Assembly: GCA_051294375.1 (NCBI GenBank)
Contig: CM119265.1
Span: forward strand, 20,928,221-20,992,220
Length of the DNA: 64,000 bases
Reading direction: 5' to 3'
DNA from: Paraspadella gotoi
Lineage: Eukaryota > Animalia > Chaetognatha
A program made the position numbers and the translations under genes. The notes under the pieces are model-generated. The model had not been told where the DNA came from. It was given only the letters and a program-made list of their open reading frames with translations, and did no database searches. Shown one piece after another: positions 38,601 through 50,211 of the stretch. The stretch's first letter is position 1; each line of letters begins with the position of its first letter.

Positions 38601-38665
38601 TCTCCACAGATCGAAAGGGAAAGAGATTCGTCAAGGACAAACCCGCTCGGCACATGCCATACTAG
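35656..38665 (+). CDS. Uncharacterised RNA-binding protein with six divergent RRM-like repeats, Gly/RGG-rich linkers and a PY-NLS-like C-terminus (~930 aa)
   Basis: Exons 35656-35925, 35999-37719, 37790-38109 and 38178-38665 splice in frame. Repeat consensus is FERQLKFKT..N..L...vr.LF..gG.VtKvyeLGPWTFVEYPtsE.A.KAF....LfRTnEl; ends KPARHMPY*. Confidence 0.85.
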
Positions 38666-38813
38666 ACCTATGTTTTTGCTCGATATTTTTTATTAGATCG
38701 ATTTTATTTATCTTTGATCCTTTAGTCTCTAGAGATAGTTTCTCAAAAAAGTTTTATTTTTCTGTTATCCTCGAATCCGTTACGTTCACAGCGGCGATTT
38801 CAACTCAAACTAA

Positions 38814-39411
<598 letters not shown>

Positions 39412-40440
39412 GGGGGAAGTGCGTTGTATTTCTTCTCGATCCGTAGTCGTCAATATTTTTATATTCCAAAGTGCTTCATCGATTGAGTAGTCAATTTTTA
39501 ATTTTCGTGCACCGAATCAACGAATTATCCGTAATTATCCCAAATTATCCGTAGCCGACACAATTTTCTTCGGAAGTAACATTTCCCAAAATATTTTTTT
39601 TAGCTTTCTTCACGTTTCTTTCCGACAATTTTGCGTAGCAATTTTTTTTTTTTTGTTTATTAATAAATACCGCCGCTAGAATAATTCGCCAAACGAAAAC
39701 GTGAAGAGATTTTAACATTTTGAAAAGAAATACTTAAAGATAAGACACTGATATTTTATGTATAGATATCATTTATTTCGGTTTAATTTTACTATAACAG
39801 GAAGAGGTAAAAGATGGCTTAAAAAATTATCTCACTGCTTGATTTATGTAACTTTCTGGACGATTTATAAAAAAGTCTTTTAATAAATAACAATAATATT
39901 GATATTGCTTGAAAGGCCTTTAAAAACTGTTTACAATTTTTGAGGCCCAGTCAAAGTTATAAGGTTAAGAATTATAACTACCTTAGTTTTAAAAATCAAT
40001 TTTTAACTGGCTTTCTTGTGATACCCATATTCACTCATTACGAACAGAAAAGAAAAAGCAAACAAATAATTACGGGGGAAAAAAAATTACGAAATCAAAA
40101 CAAAATCAATTATAAAAAAATTTATCCATAAAAAATAAGAATGTCTTGTCTTTAAGTATCTTTATTCAAAATGTTAAAATCTCTACGCGTTTTCGTATGG
40201 TAAATTTCTACCCCAAATTATTATTTATGAACTTCAAAAATATTTTCGTTATGTATCCTTTCGAAAATCGAAATATTTTCATTCCACCGTTTTATGGCGT
40301 TTACTTACCAATTTGTTTGTCCCATGTCCCATATTGACCCGTTTGTCTTTTCAAATTCAAATTTTTTGTGATTATTCCATCGTTTTATCCTTGGTCTTAC
40401 AAAAAAGAATTTTTGTATTGGAATTTTAACAATTAGTAAT

Positions 40441-40460
40441 TTTCTGACTTTTGTCGTCAG
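40441..40460 (+). promoter_or_regulatory. Unpaired splice acceptor abutting the start codon (candidate trans-splice site)
   Basis: tttctgacttttgtcgtcag|ATG: branch-like CTGAC, pyrimidine tract and CAG. Confidence 0.55.
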
Positions 40461-41609
40461 ATGTCCTCCCCGTTTGAAAAGTATCGCTTTCTGGGTTCGA
40501 CGGGCCTAAAAGTCTCCGCCATCGGCTTGGGGACGATGACCTTCGGTGGTGGTTCGTCGGGACGCCCCGGCCAGACGGACGAATCTTCCTCCCACGCCCT
40601 CTTGGATCGCTACGTAGATTTGGGCGGAAATTTCATCGATACTGCTGACATTTATCCAGGCACCGGTGGAGTGACCAAGGAGAGCGAGGTTATCTTGGGA
40701 AAGTGGCTTAAGGGTCGAGCCGATCTGAGGGAAAGCTTAATCGTGGCCAGCAAAGTTCGATTCGGCTCCCGAAACGACGACCCGTTCGACGAGGCCTTCA
40801 ACGGGGCGGGCCTAACGCGCAAGCATATCTTGTGGTCAATTGATGAAAGCCTCAAGCGGCTTCAGACGCGCTACATAGATTTGTATCAAATTCACGGATG
40901 GGACGCTGCGACTCCCGTGGAAGAGACTTTCAAGACGTTGGACGGCCTTGTCAAGAGCGGAAAGGTCCGTTATATCGGGGTTTCCAACGTCACAGGTTGG
41001 CAGCTGCAAAAGATTTGCGATACGATTAAGGCCTTTCGCTTGGAACCGGTAGTTACGCTCCAGTCGCAGTATTCTCTGTTAGCGCGCGGGCTCGAATTAG
41101 AATTGGCAGACGTGTGCGCCAACGAAGGCATCGGGATTCTTCCCTGGTCCCCGCTTAAAGGCGGATTGTTAACGGGGAAGTTTGGGCGCCAAAAAGACCT
41201 TCCTCCCGATAGCCGATTGACTTGGATTAAATCGAATCCCGAAAAGAAGACCTGGGCTTGTCCTTTGCCCGACGATTTTGCAACAGAAAAGAATTTCGCC
41301 TTGATCGATGGTTTGAAGGAGATCGCGGAGCGGCACAAGTCGCGTCCCTCGATGGCGCAAGTGTCTCTGCGATGGATCATGCAGAGACCTTTCGTCTCTT
41401 CCACGATAATCGGGGCGAAAACAAAAAATCAACTAGAGGATAATATGGGTGCATTAGATTTCGAGTTGTCCGTCGAAGATATGCAGAAGCTCAACGATTT
41501 GTCGGCTTTTGAAATCCCTTATCCGTACGACATGGTCGACGCTTTCAATTCCAAACGGAAAAGAAATGGCGTTCTTTCCAAGGTTCAGTCGTCCGCGGTC
41601 TCTCCCTGA
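40461..41609 (+). CDS. Aldo-keto reductase (YajO/Tas-like), intronless, 382 aa
   Basis: LGSTGLKVSAIGLGTMTFG, GGNFIDTADIY, SLKRLQTRYIDLYQIH, SGKVRYIGVSN, LPWSPLKGGLLTGK; catalytic D/Y/K/H residues present. Confidence 0.95.
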   Translation: MSSPFEKYRFLGSTGLKVSAIGLGTMTFGGGSSGRPGQTDESSSHALLDRYVDLGGNFIDTADIYPGTGGVTKESEVILGKWLKGRADLRESLIVASKVRFGSRNDDPFDEAFNGAGLTRKHILWSIDESLKRLQTRYIDLYQIHGWDAATPVEETFKTLDGLVKSGKVRYIGVSNVTGWQLQKICDTIKAFRLEPVVTLQSQYSLLARGLELELADVCANEGIGILPWSPLKGGLLTGKFGRQKDLPPDSRLTWIKSNPEKKTWACPLPDDFATEKNFALIDGLKEIAERHKSRPSMAQVSLRWIMQRPFVSSTIIGAKTKNQLEDNMGALDFELSVEDMQKLNDLSAFEIPYPYDMVDAFNSKRKRNGVLSKVQSSAVSP

Positions 41610-42022
41610 ACTTCATTGCGTAAGAATCTATTTTTAGATAAATTTTGGGGAATTAAGGAGGTAAACTAACTATATTAATGAGGAAACAAAAAATGCTTGT
41701 GGAGGTTACTATAATACTATTATAGTATATTAATAGGAAGTAGCACAGAATACTGCACTTACCCTGGTCTTAGTCTTAGTGTTTTATGCGATTTTACAGT
41801 AAGATAATTCAATCAGTCTATGGTTTGTGTTTGTCTATCGTTTGTGAAATTTTTCGCGGCTGTACAATGTACAATGTACCCTGGTCACTAGTCTATTTTT
41901 CCGTTTTACAAATTGTTGTCGGGTTCGGTGAAAATTTTTTTTATTGCCCCTAAAGATGTTCTGTTTGTCGTAATGGAAATTTAAAAAGAAATTTTTTATA
42001 CATTCCAGTCATAAACATAGAT

Positions 42023-45000
42023 ATGGAATCGGATGCCTTTCTACGCCTTCAGCCTTTTTGCGTTGCCGTGTGCAAGCAAAGGTCATCTTCGGCTGTGGAC
42101 GATCTTCGCCGCACCTTAGAAACTATCCCCGAAGAAGCGATAGAGAAACTTCAGGACTACATTCTTTTCCCTCTCCGCCTCTTGCTAAAACTTCCATTAA
42201 CGGAGGGCGAACCCGCGTGCAAAGATAGAACCGTCGAGTCCGTCGTGGAATGCCTTTGTCACGTTCTCAAAAAATCTCGTTTGCGCCATCCCGAGGCAGC
42301 GACGGAAATTTTTACTTCGCTGTGCCTCCGAATTAGTCACCCGAGCAACCACGGACGAGTCTATGCCGGAGCCTCGGAGGAGACCAAGGCTGGAGTAGCC
42401 CGAGGCCTCGAGGCCGTCGTTCGAGCCGCCGAAGACGATGTAAGGAAGTCGTTGTGCTCAATGCGCTTTCTGCCTGCCTTGGGACACGCTGTGTCCATGC
42501 TGCTGAGCTTGTCCGAGACAGAGGCTTCGTCTGAAGTGTCGGTCACTGCGCTTCGGTCACTACTCGCATTGGAGACGCTTTTGCCGCGAGAACAAGCATC
42601 TGTTTGTTTCGGCACTTTTCTGCCCGGCATATCTCTCGCTATGCTAAATATCATGAAGGGGGATTCTAAGCAGAATCACAAAGTTACTTGCGGCGCCCTC
42701 GAGGTTTTCGCCTCTTCCGTTACCTTGGTGATGGCCGAAGATGTAATTAAAAACGACGCCTCATGGCGCGAGGGAATGGTCTCTACCGAGGTTTCCGAAA
42801 AAGTTGCTGGTCTCCTCGTCGAGAAAAACAAAGCGTGGCGGACAGCGACTTGGGCTAAACTCGACGTTGTGATCAAGAATCTTTGCCCTGTCACTTCGCA
42901 TCCGCATTGGAAGGTTCGGTTAATGCTTTTGAGTCTCGTCGAAGAAATAATCGTCCAGTGCTTCTCGTGCGACTACGAAAACCTCGTCAAGTATTTCGCC
43001 GAAATATCCGTCTCTTTACTCGCCGATGACAACCATCAAGTTCGCGCCAAATCGTCTCAAGTTGTGGAGCGATTTTCCGCGACAGGGGGCGATCGACTTC
43101 GCGACGCTGCCTCCGATCTTTTGCGCGACGCCGCTCTTCAATTACCGCAGAGCTTTCGATCATGCGACGAAGCGGAAAAGCTCCGCCGAGTTCGAGCCCT
43201 TCACGGTTATTTACTGGTTCTAAACTCGGAGCTAAAGGTGGCTCTCTTACTTTCGGCAGTACTTAACAAACTCTGTCTCGCCTTTCTGCAAATACTCGAA
43301 ATGGACGTCGACGATCTCAGGATAATTCAACGACTTCCGTCCACCACTCTCAACACGGCGTCGTTCGAGTCGGAAGCTCTGAAGCCCAGGCTTAAGTTTA
43401 AGTGGTTTTCCGACGATAGGATCTCCAAAGTCGTCGAGCAATGCTTGGAATGCATCGGAAAGTTTTTAAAGGACGAGGTGGACACTGTATGCGATCGGCT
43501 ATTGGAAAATGTAGGGAAAACTATTTACCGAAATCAGGCTGTGTTTATGCTTAACAGAATATTAATCGGCGCCGCTGCGGAGCCGAGTGATGAAATGGAT
43601 CTCGCTCCTTTGATTAAAGGCACCATCATACCTTTGTACCTCTCAGACGATCTAATTCATGCGCGAGTCTCTTTCGAAGATACTTCTGCCAACCGAGCGC
43701 TAAAAGGAGACTCGACTCAAAAGTTGCGTTGGCATCAGTCGCAGGATGACAATGATAATGACAATTCATTTCACGATGTCGTCGTTTCTCGATTCGTTCC
43801 GGAGTTGAATTCCAACATCCTTTTGGTTTCATTGACGCTCGAAGGCATCGCCTCTTGTGCCCGTGTTCTAAAGGGCGCCTTTAGGCCGTTGCTCATCAAG
43901 ACTCTCTACCCCGTAGTCGAAAAGGTTGGCTCCGACGTGACCATGATACAAGACGCGGCCTATCTCGCTCTTGGAACCGTTGCGTCCGAATGCGGATACA
44001 CGACCGTAAAAGAATTGCTTTTCGAGAACGCTGACTACATCGTCAATCAACTTAGGATCGAACTAAAACACGGATTTTTATTATCTTATACCGACCGCAT
44101 GAAACGGAGACACTCGCACAGTCCCCAAGTTTTGGAAGCCCTTTTGAAAAACGGTGGGCATGATTTGCTCCCTCTTTTACGCGACACCATTGAGGAAATT
44201 TTGGATTGCTTGGACATGGGCACGGATCCAGACAACTGTCGACTCTTCATGAAAGTTCTCGCTTCGCTGATGCTTTATCTCCAAAAATGGTTCGCTGGCG
44301 AACACCTCGATCATCTAGAGAAAAATAATAATGAAGAGGAGGAGGAAAAAATTAATGAGACTAATGTGACAAAATATTTCGAAGATTACATTCGAAACTC
44401 GAGGATTGTTGAAAATCTGGAGGTTAATGACGACGACGAGCTGGAACTGGGTCAACCGCACGAGTATGACGACGGAATCGAAGACGAGATCCACGACGAG
44501 CCACATAAAGAACCCGAAGTTCCTTATTACGTTAAAATCGCAGAAGAAGTGATGACTCGTTGCGTATATCTTATGCCCGACGAAAATCCTCGTCTGCGCG
44601 TGTTGGTTCTCGACGTGACGCAAAGCTGCTGTCGCGTACTTCGCAAACACGAAAACACCCTCTTACCGTTGGCGCACCTGTGCTGGAAGCCTTTCGTGAA
44701 CCGTCTTCGTGACAAGGATCATTTCGTCATGAAGAAAGCCTTCGAAACTTTGGTCGTTTTGTCGGAATCTTGCGGCGACTTTTTGCTGCAAAGATTCACC
44801 AAAGACGTGGTTCCGCCCCTGGTCGCCTTTATGTTAAGCCAGGGAGAGATAAGTTCCAAGTTATCTTCTTCTTCCGCCTACCGATTTACCGTTGCCTTCA
44901 AGCTGCAATTGTCAATTCTAAAAGGCATCGGGCCAATTTGCCGAACGATAAGATGTCGCGTAGAGACCGGGCTGGATGGCATCCTTACCTTCGCTTTTCT

Positions 45001-45187
45001 TCATCTTCGGAGCGATCAACCCATAGATATTCAAGACGCCGCCAAGCAGGCGCTCACCGATTTAACGGCGTTGAACTCGGATCTCGTCTGGTTACGGGCG
45101 TCGGCCCTGGCAGGAAATTTGACGTTGACTAGCCGCGATAAAAATTTTCCGCTTGATAGTTTGAACGAGATTATTTCTTTGTGTTGA
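42023..45187 (+). CDS. TTI1: TELO2-interacting protein 1 (TTT co-chaperone, HEAT repeats), intronless, 1054 aa
   Basis: AFLRLQPFCV, LQDYILFPLRLLLK, FLPGIS, SHPHWKVRL, LYPVVEKVGS, ENADYIVN, LLPLAHLCWKPFVNRL, CGDFLLQRFTKDVVP, YRFTVAFKLQL and SDQP motifs, with the length typical of TTI1. Confidence 0.92.
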   Translation: MESDAFLRLQPFCVAVCKQRSSSAVDDLRRTLETIPEEAIEKLQDYILFPLRLLLKLPLTEGEPACKDRTVESVVECLCHVLKKSRLRHPEAATEIFTSLCLRISHPSNHGRVYAGASEETKAGVARGLEAVVRAAEDDVRKSLCSMRFLPALGHAVSMLLSLSETEASSEVSVTALRSLLALETLLPREQASVCFGTFLPGISLAMLNIMKGDSKQNHKVTCGALEVFASSVTLVMAEDVIKNDASWREGMVSTEVSEKVAGLLVEKNKAWRTATWAKLDVVIKNLCPVTSHPHWKVRLMLLSLVEEIIVQCFSCDYENLVKYFAEISVSLLADDNHQVRAKSSQVVERFSATGGDRLRDAASDLLRDAALQLPQSFRSCDEAEKLRRVRALHGYLLVLNSELKVALLLSAVLNKLCLAFLQILEMDVDDLRIIQRLPSTTLNTASFESEALKPRLKFKWFSDDRISKVVEQCLECIGKFLKDEVDTVCDRLLENVGKTIYRNQAVFMLNRILIGAAAEPSDEMDLAPLIKGTIIPLYLSDDLIHARVSFEDTSANRALKGDSTQKLRWHQSQDDNDNDNSFHDVVVSRFVPELNSNILLVSLTLEGIASCARVLKGAFRPLLIKTLYPVVEKVGSDVTMIQDAAYLALGTVASECGYTTVKELLFENADYIVNQLRIELKHGFLLSYTDRMKRRHSHSPQVLEALLKNGGHDLLPLLRDTIEEILDCLDMGTDPDNCRLFMKVLASLMLYLQKWFAGEHLDHLEKNNNEEEEEKINETNVTKYFEDYIRNSRIVENLEVNDDDELELGQPHEYDDGIEDEIHDEPHKEPEVPYYVKIAEEVMTRCVYLMPDENPRLRVLVLDVTQSCCRVLRKHENTLLPLAHLCWKPFVNRLRDKDHFVMKKAFETLVVLSESCGDFLLQRFTKDVVPPLVAFMLSQGEISSKLSSSSAYRFTVAFKLQLSILKGIGPICRTIRCRVETGLDGILTFAFLHLRSDQPIDIQDAAKQALTDLTALNSDLVWLRASALAGNLTLTSRDKNFPLDSLNEIISLC

Positions 45188-45190
45188 TTA

Positions 45191-45218
45191 TTTATATCTC
45201 TTTTTTTTTTTTTTTCAG
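45191..45218 (+). promoter_or_regulatory. Strong unpaired splice acceptor between TTI1 and STAM (candidate trans-splice site)
   Basis: tctc(t)15cag ends 31 nt after the TTI1 stop, with no GT donor in between. Confidence 0.5.
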
Positions 45219-45458
45219 ATAAAACCGGTTCAACACTGAGTTTTAGCACCACTGACGAAATTAAGTTCACATGTTATCGACGTCGTATGATATAACTTGT
45301 TTCGTTTTCTGCTGAAAATTGGATGTTACAATAATGCCCCATATCGTGTGAAAAAGGGAACCTAAAGAATCGTCAATCACTTGAGTCACCGACATCGGAA
45401 CAGTTGATCCCTCCTTCCCCCATCCTGAGATAAGCTCGCGACCCGTCACCGCCACACC

Positions 45459-47973
45459 ATGCCGCTTTTCAGTTCCAGCAGCCCTTTCGACCCCGACGTC
45501 GAAAAGGTCACCGACGAGAAAAACACCACGGAAGATTGGGGGCTCATTCTCGAGATATGCGACAAGGTTGGGCGCGGCAAGCCCGCTGCTCCAAAAGACT
45601 GCCTTCGCGCCATCATGAAGCGCGTCAACCACAGAGTCCCTCACGTCTCCATTCAATCGTTGACGCTGCTCAATGCATGCGTCAAGAACTGTGGCCACGC
45701 CTTCCATCTGGAAGTAAGTGGCGATGACCCCTATTGTTTTTCGATCAAGACACGTTTTCAAATTTTTTTTACGCTTTCTATCTTAGGTCAGCTCGCGTGA
45801 TTTTGTTCAAGAAGTGAAAACGTTGATAAACAATCGCGGTCATCCAAAAGTAGCTGACAAGCTGAAGGAACTGATCAAGGATTGGGCCCATCATGAGTTT
45901 AAGGACGATCCGTCTTTGAGTATGATTCCTTCTTTGTATCAGGTTCGTTACCGACTTAGTCATTCTCTGGGTTGATGTCATAAGATAGGCGTAATAAATA
46001 CATGTATAGTAAATTAGTTATTGACCGAAATTGATGATTTTCTCTAGGAACTCAAACGAGAGGGTCACTCCTTCCCTTCGTCGTCGTCGTCCGAGTCGAA
46101 AAAGTCCAAAGTGAATTCGGAAGCTTTGAAAAACCCCGACGCCGTCGGAAGCCTTAAAGAAGAAGAGGTTGCTCCGTCAAATTCTCGAATTTAGCGGAAA
46201 CCGCCTTAAAATTTGTGTTTTTTTTTAAAACAGGACATCCTCAAGGCGATCGAATTGTCTTTAAAAGAAACCACAGGTTCGCCTTCCGCCAGGAAATCCA
46301 GCGGCGGCAACAGCGGAGCAGGAGCCTCCTCGCTTTACCCCTCGACGTATTCTGGTAAATCTCTTCCGCTCTTCCGAATATAGTTTTATTCTTTACTATA
46401 ATTTTATTAATTTTAACCTCGTCTAGTTACGTCGAAGGCGGACTCGTCTAGAAAAGTAAAAGCTCTGTACGACTTCGAAGCGGCCGAAGAAAACGAACTC
46501 ACCTTTAAAGAAGGCGAGCTCATTTCGGTTCTGGAAGACAGGTCGGCCTTCAAACGGAATCTCTTCGCGAGTAGCTATCGATAAAAACAAACCAGCGTGC
46601 TTTGATTTCCTTTATAGTGACCCTAACTGGTGGAAGGGCGCCAACTGGAGAGGCGAAGGTCTCTTTCCCGCCAATTTCGTTACTTCCGATCTCAACGCCA
46701 AGACCGGTGACGAGGAGGACGACCAACCCGAAGAAGAGCAAGGCGCCGCTGCTGCGTCTGCCGCTGCCGCCGCCGCTGCGGAAGTCCTCACTATCGACGA
46801 AGAAAAAATAAACGCGACGCTGTCAATGTTACAAAACGCCGATCCGACCGGCGAAATGGAAAAGGACCCAGCAGATCTAGTCATTTTTGAGGAGCAATGC
46901 CATAAAGTGAGTCGGGTTGAAAGCGAGTGAGACGGAATTATTTACATTTAGTTCTTGTAATCACTTTTCATGTTCTTGTAGATGGGACCCCTGATTGACA
47001 ACGAGTTGGAAAAGATTGATCGCAAACACATGACAATCATGGAGCTGAACCAAAAGCTAGTTGATGCACTACAAATGTATCACAGCTTAATGAAAGTACC
47101 CCCAATGCCAGGAGGTAATTATAGTTATTAAAATAGTTTTGTCTCCGACAATACTCGGGCATTTTAAGATAAAGTACCTACATTTCTTTTTCAGTGGGTG
47201 GATATATGGCGCCACCTCCCTATCAGATGCCGCCGGCGGCACCTGGAGGCAATCCTAGCTCGTATCCAACCTCAATGCCACCGGCAAATATGGGAAACTA
47301 CAATATGACAGCTCCTCCTCCTTACACTTCATATCCCGGGGGGTATGTCCTGAAATGAGTTTTTTCTATGCTATGGTGCATTTTCTGTTGCGCATATTCT
47401 ATTTTTCTCTCAGACTTTCGAATGGTGGAACTGACTTCACCGGTGTCAGCAGCGCTGCCGCCGCGCCGTCAATTCCCTCGTCTTCTGGGGTCGAACCGTC
47501 AGTGTCCACAGCAGCTCCCACGGTCGCGTCTACCGCTCCCTTTACCACACATTCCACACCGTCACATGCGCCATCCTCCGCAATCAGCGGATATCAAGCG
47601 ACCGCGCCATCTGGATATCAGAGCGCGTCGTCCGCCCCTACCACTACCGGCTATCCGAGTCACCCTGCCGCCGCCGCCTCGACCGCGCCCACCGGAGGCC
47701 AAATGCCTCCGCCATACAACTCATCCGTGATGGGGCACATGGCCATGGGCAACGCGACGCCTGCACACAGTAGCGGCATGGCAACTAATGGAGGTAAATC
47801 GGCTACGTTGTTTTTTAATTTTGGAAGTAATGTAAAAAGTTAAACAATTTTTGTAACCACTTGAAGGAGACCCTACCTATGTGAATGCGTCTCCCGGAGG
47901 TCCGCAGATGATGGGAATGTATCCTCCGAATCAAGGACACTATGCTCCTGCTCCGCCACAACCGCTCCTTTAA
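45459..47973 (+). CDS. STAM: Signal transducing adaptor molecule (ESCRT-0; VHS-UIM-SH3-GAT), multi-exon
   Basis: [35 protein letters not shown] (VHS); [15 protein letters not shown] (UIM); [34 protein letters not shown] (SH3); [16 protein letters not shown] (GAT); Pro-rich tail ending QPLL*. Confidence 0.95.
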
Positions 47974-48784
47974 CTTAAATGCCAATAAATTAAGTTGTGA
48001 GAGTTTAAGATAATAGATTGCGTTTTGTGCCATCGTATCTGTTGGTGGTGTTTGAAAACGAATCCCGGTCATGGTTTATTTCTTATTTGGCTATTTAATT
48101 ACCTTTTTTTACAGGGTTGTTTTTACTTTTTTGAAATAAATAATACTTTTTCGCTTAAAACTGTACAGATAATGCAGTTGGTGCGTCATATTTTATTTTA
48201 TCGAAACACGAAAACTGTTTTGTCTTAGAGAATTTCTGTCGCTAGTCGAAAAAACGAAGGTCTCCCCATCGGTTTAGGAAGTCCCAAGAAAGGTTGTCAC
48301 GCCCGTCTGAGATCTACTTGTAACCTATATATTGCTTATTTTTTTCCAAACTAAATTTCTGATGTTTCTAAATTCGATGCTTTCTTTGCTCACGAAATTT
48401 ATGCAATAAAGGGCATAGAAATAAATCTTAGTTTTCGGAAGGTTTTCGGAGGTATTGCTATTTCAATGTAGGTTCTTAGTTTATTATGTCAGTTAAGAAT
48501 ACATCTATCCCCTTTCTTCCTACTTCAAAATCAAAGAATGAAAATAAAAATCGCACATTTTTTGTAAACCCTCCCCACAAAGGTAGACATAAATTTAGAC
48601 GGATCTTCACATTGATTTTGTGACTTTTAACGACAAACAAAATTTTTTTCACAGTTGAATATCGCTGTCGCGCGCAATGCGAACAATTTTGCAATTCTTT
48701 CTATAAAATGAAATAATCGTTTTGTCAAGGCTTAAAAATCTCTAAGATGAGTCTTTACACCTCGACTCACCCGAATATCCAAAG

Positions 48785-50211
48785 ATGACTTTTTCACTCG
48801 ACTCGCTCGCGATGGAGGCGGCTCACGCCGCCCTGGCGCTTGCGGACTCGACCAACGTAGCCGTGGCAGATTGGGCTGCAGCCGCTCCGCCCCAAATACC
48901 GTTTAATTACGCTTGGGGGCGCCCGCCTCCGCAGACCGACTCGGCAGCAGCGGCTACGTTAAACGAGACTATGGAAGCGGCGCGACGGGGTCGAGGACGG
49001 CCCAAGAAGGAAATCCCCGACGGCGTGGGTCATGAGGCGGCTAAAAACCACGAAAAGAAGCCGCCCCCGATCCGCGGTCGAGGAAGGCCGCCTCGCGCCG
49101 CCGAATCTAACGCTCTCTACGACAAGTTTCCGCTCCCACCGGGGCTGCAGGCGACGGCGTGGCCACCCTCCGCGCCCTCCTACCTTCGTCTACTCGGAGA
49201 AAATCCCGGCGCCGCCGCGGGAGTCGTGGATTTGACGCGAGGAGACGCGGCTACGCAAACCTCTGGCAGCGCCGTCCAACGTCAAAGCAACGCTTCCTTC
49301 GGCGCCAATTGCTGTTCGGGCAATGATTCTGGTTGCCAGCCCGGTTCTACCGTTCTTGTCTCGTCTTCCAACTCCACCTCGTCCAGCTCCTTGCAGCAAT
49401 CCCAGCAGCAAGGCGATCGTATTTCCCAACATCATCAAACTCAAAAACTGCATCAGCATCATCATCCAACTTACGCCCCGACGTTCTCTCCCATTCACCC
49501 TGGCCCTCCCTGTTTTCCCGGGAAACAGTTGGTGATCAGTACGACTTCCGCCCCCGTCGTATCCGCCGGAAACGCGGCCGGAAACGCGTCCGGACCGACT
49601 CGCTGCAAGGTCTCTCCGTCGTCGGCCGCCTCCGACAAAAACAAACAATTGGTTCCGGTCTCCGAGGCCGGCGTCGTCGCCATCCCAAAACCCATCATGT
49701 TGGGGGGAACCAACGTCGGGTGTCCGATTTGCTTCAAGATATTTGGTTCCAAGGGATTATTAACTCAGCACATGTTGGTGCATACGGACGTGAGAAAACA
49801 CGCCTGCATTTATTGTGATAAAGCGTTCAAACAACAATCTCATTTGAAGGCGCACGTCAGGATTCACACAGGTTTTAAATCCATTGGCCCCTTGTCCGGG
49901 AGTGGTCAATCGTCAAATGCTAAGATTCAATGGTTTATTTTGCAGGCGACCGCCCTTACAAATGTACGATGCCAGATTGTGACAGAGACTTTGTTCAAAT
50001 GGCGAATCTTCAGTTTCACCTTCGAAATCACGACGCGCAATCAAAGAGGGCGGCGGAAGAGAAAACAGGCTTTCGCGAGCGCGTGCGATGCCCGATTTGT
50101 TACAAGGCTTTTGACTCGGCGCTCGGGCTCGAACGACACATGTACGACTTCCACGAACCGGCTGTGATAGACCAGGAACTCAGCTTGTCCAACTCGAATG
50201 AGTCAAACTGA
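48785..50211 (+). CDS. AT-hook + four-C2H2 zinc-finger transcription factor
   Basis: AT-hooks RRGRGRPKK and RGRGRPPR; fingers CPICFKIF..HMLVH, CIYCDKAF..HVRIH, CTMPDCDRDF..HLRNH and CPICYKAF..HMYDFH; intron 49872-49945 restores the TGDRPY linker. Confidence 0.88.

Noticed and set aside
49872-50167. C-terminus of the 460-aa ORF 48785..50167
   Set aside because: Intron read-through; splicing 49872-49945 restores the TGDRPY linker and two more zinc fingers.
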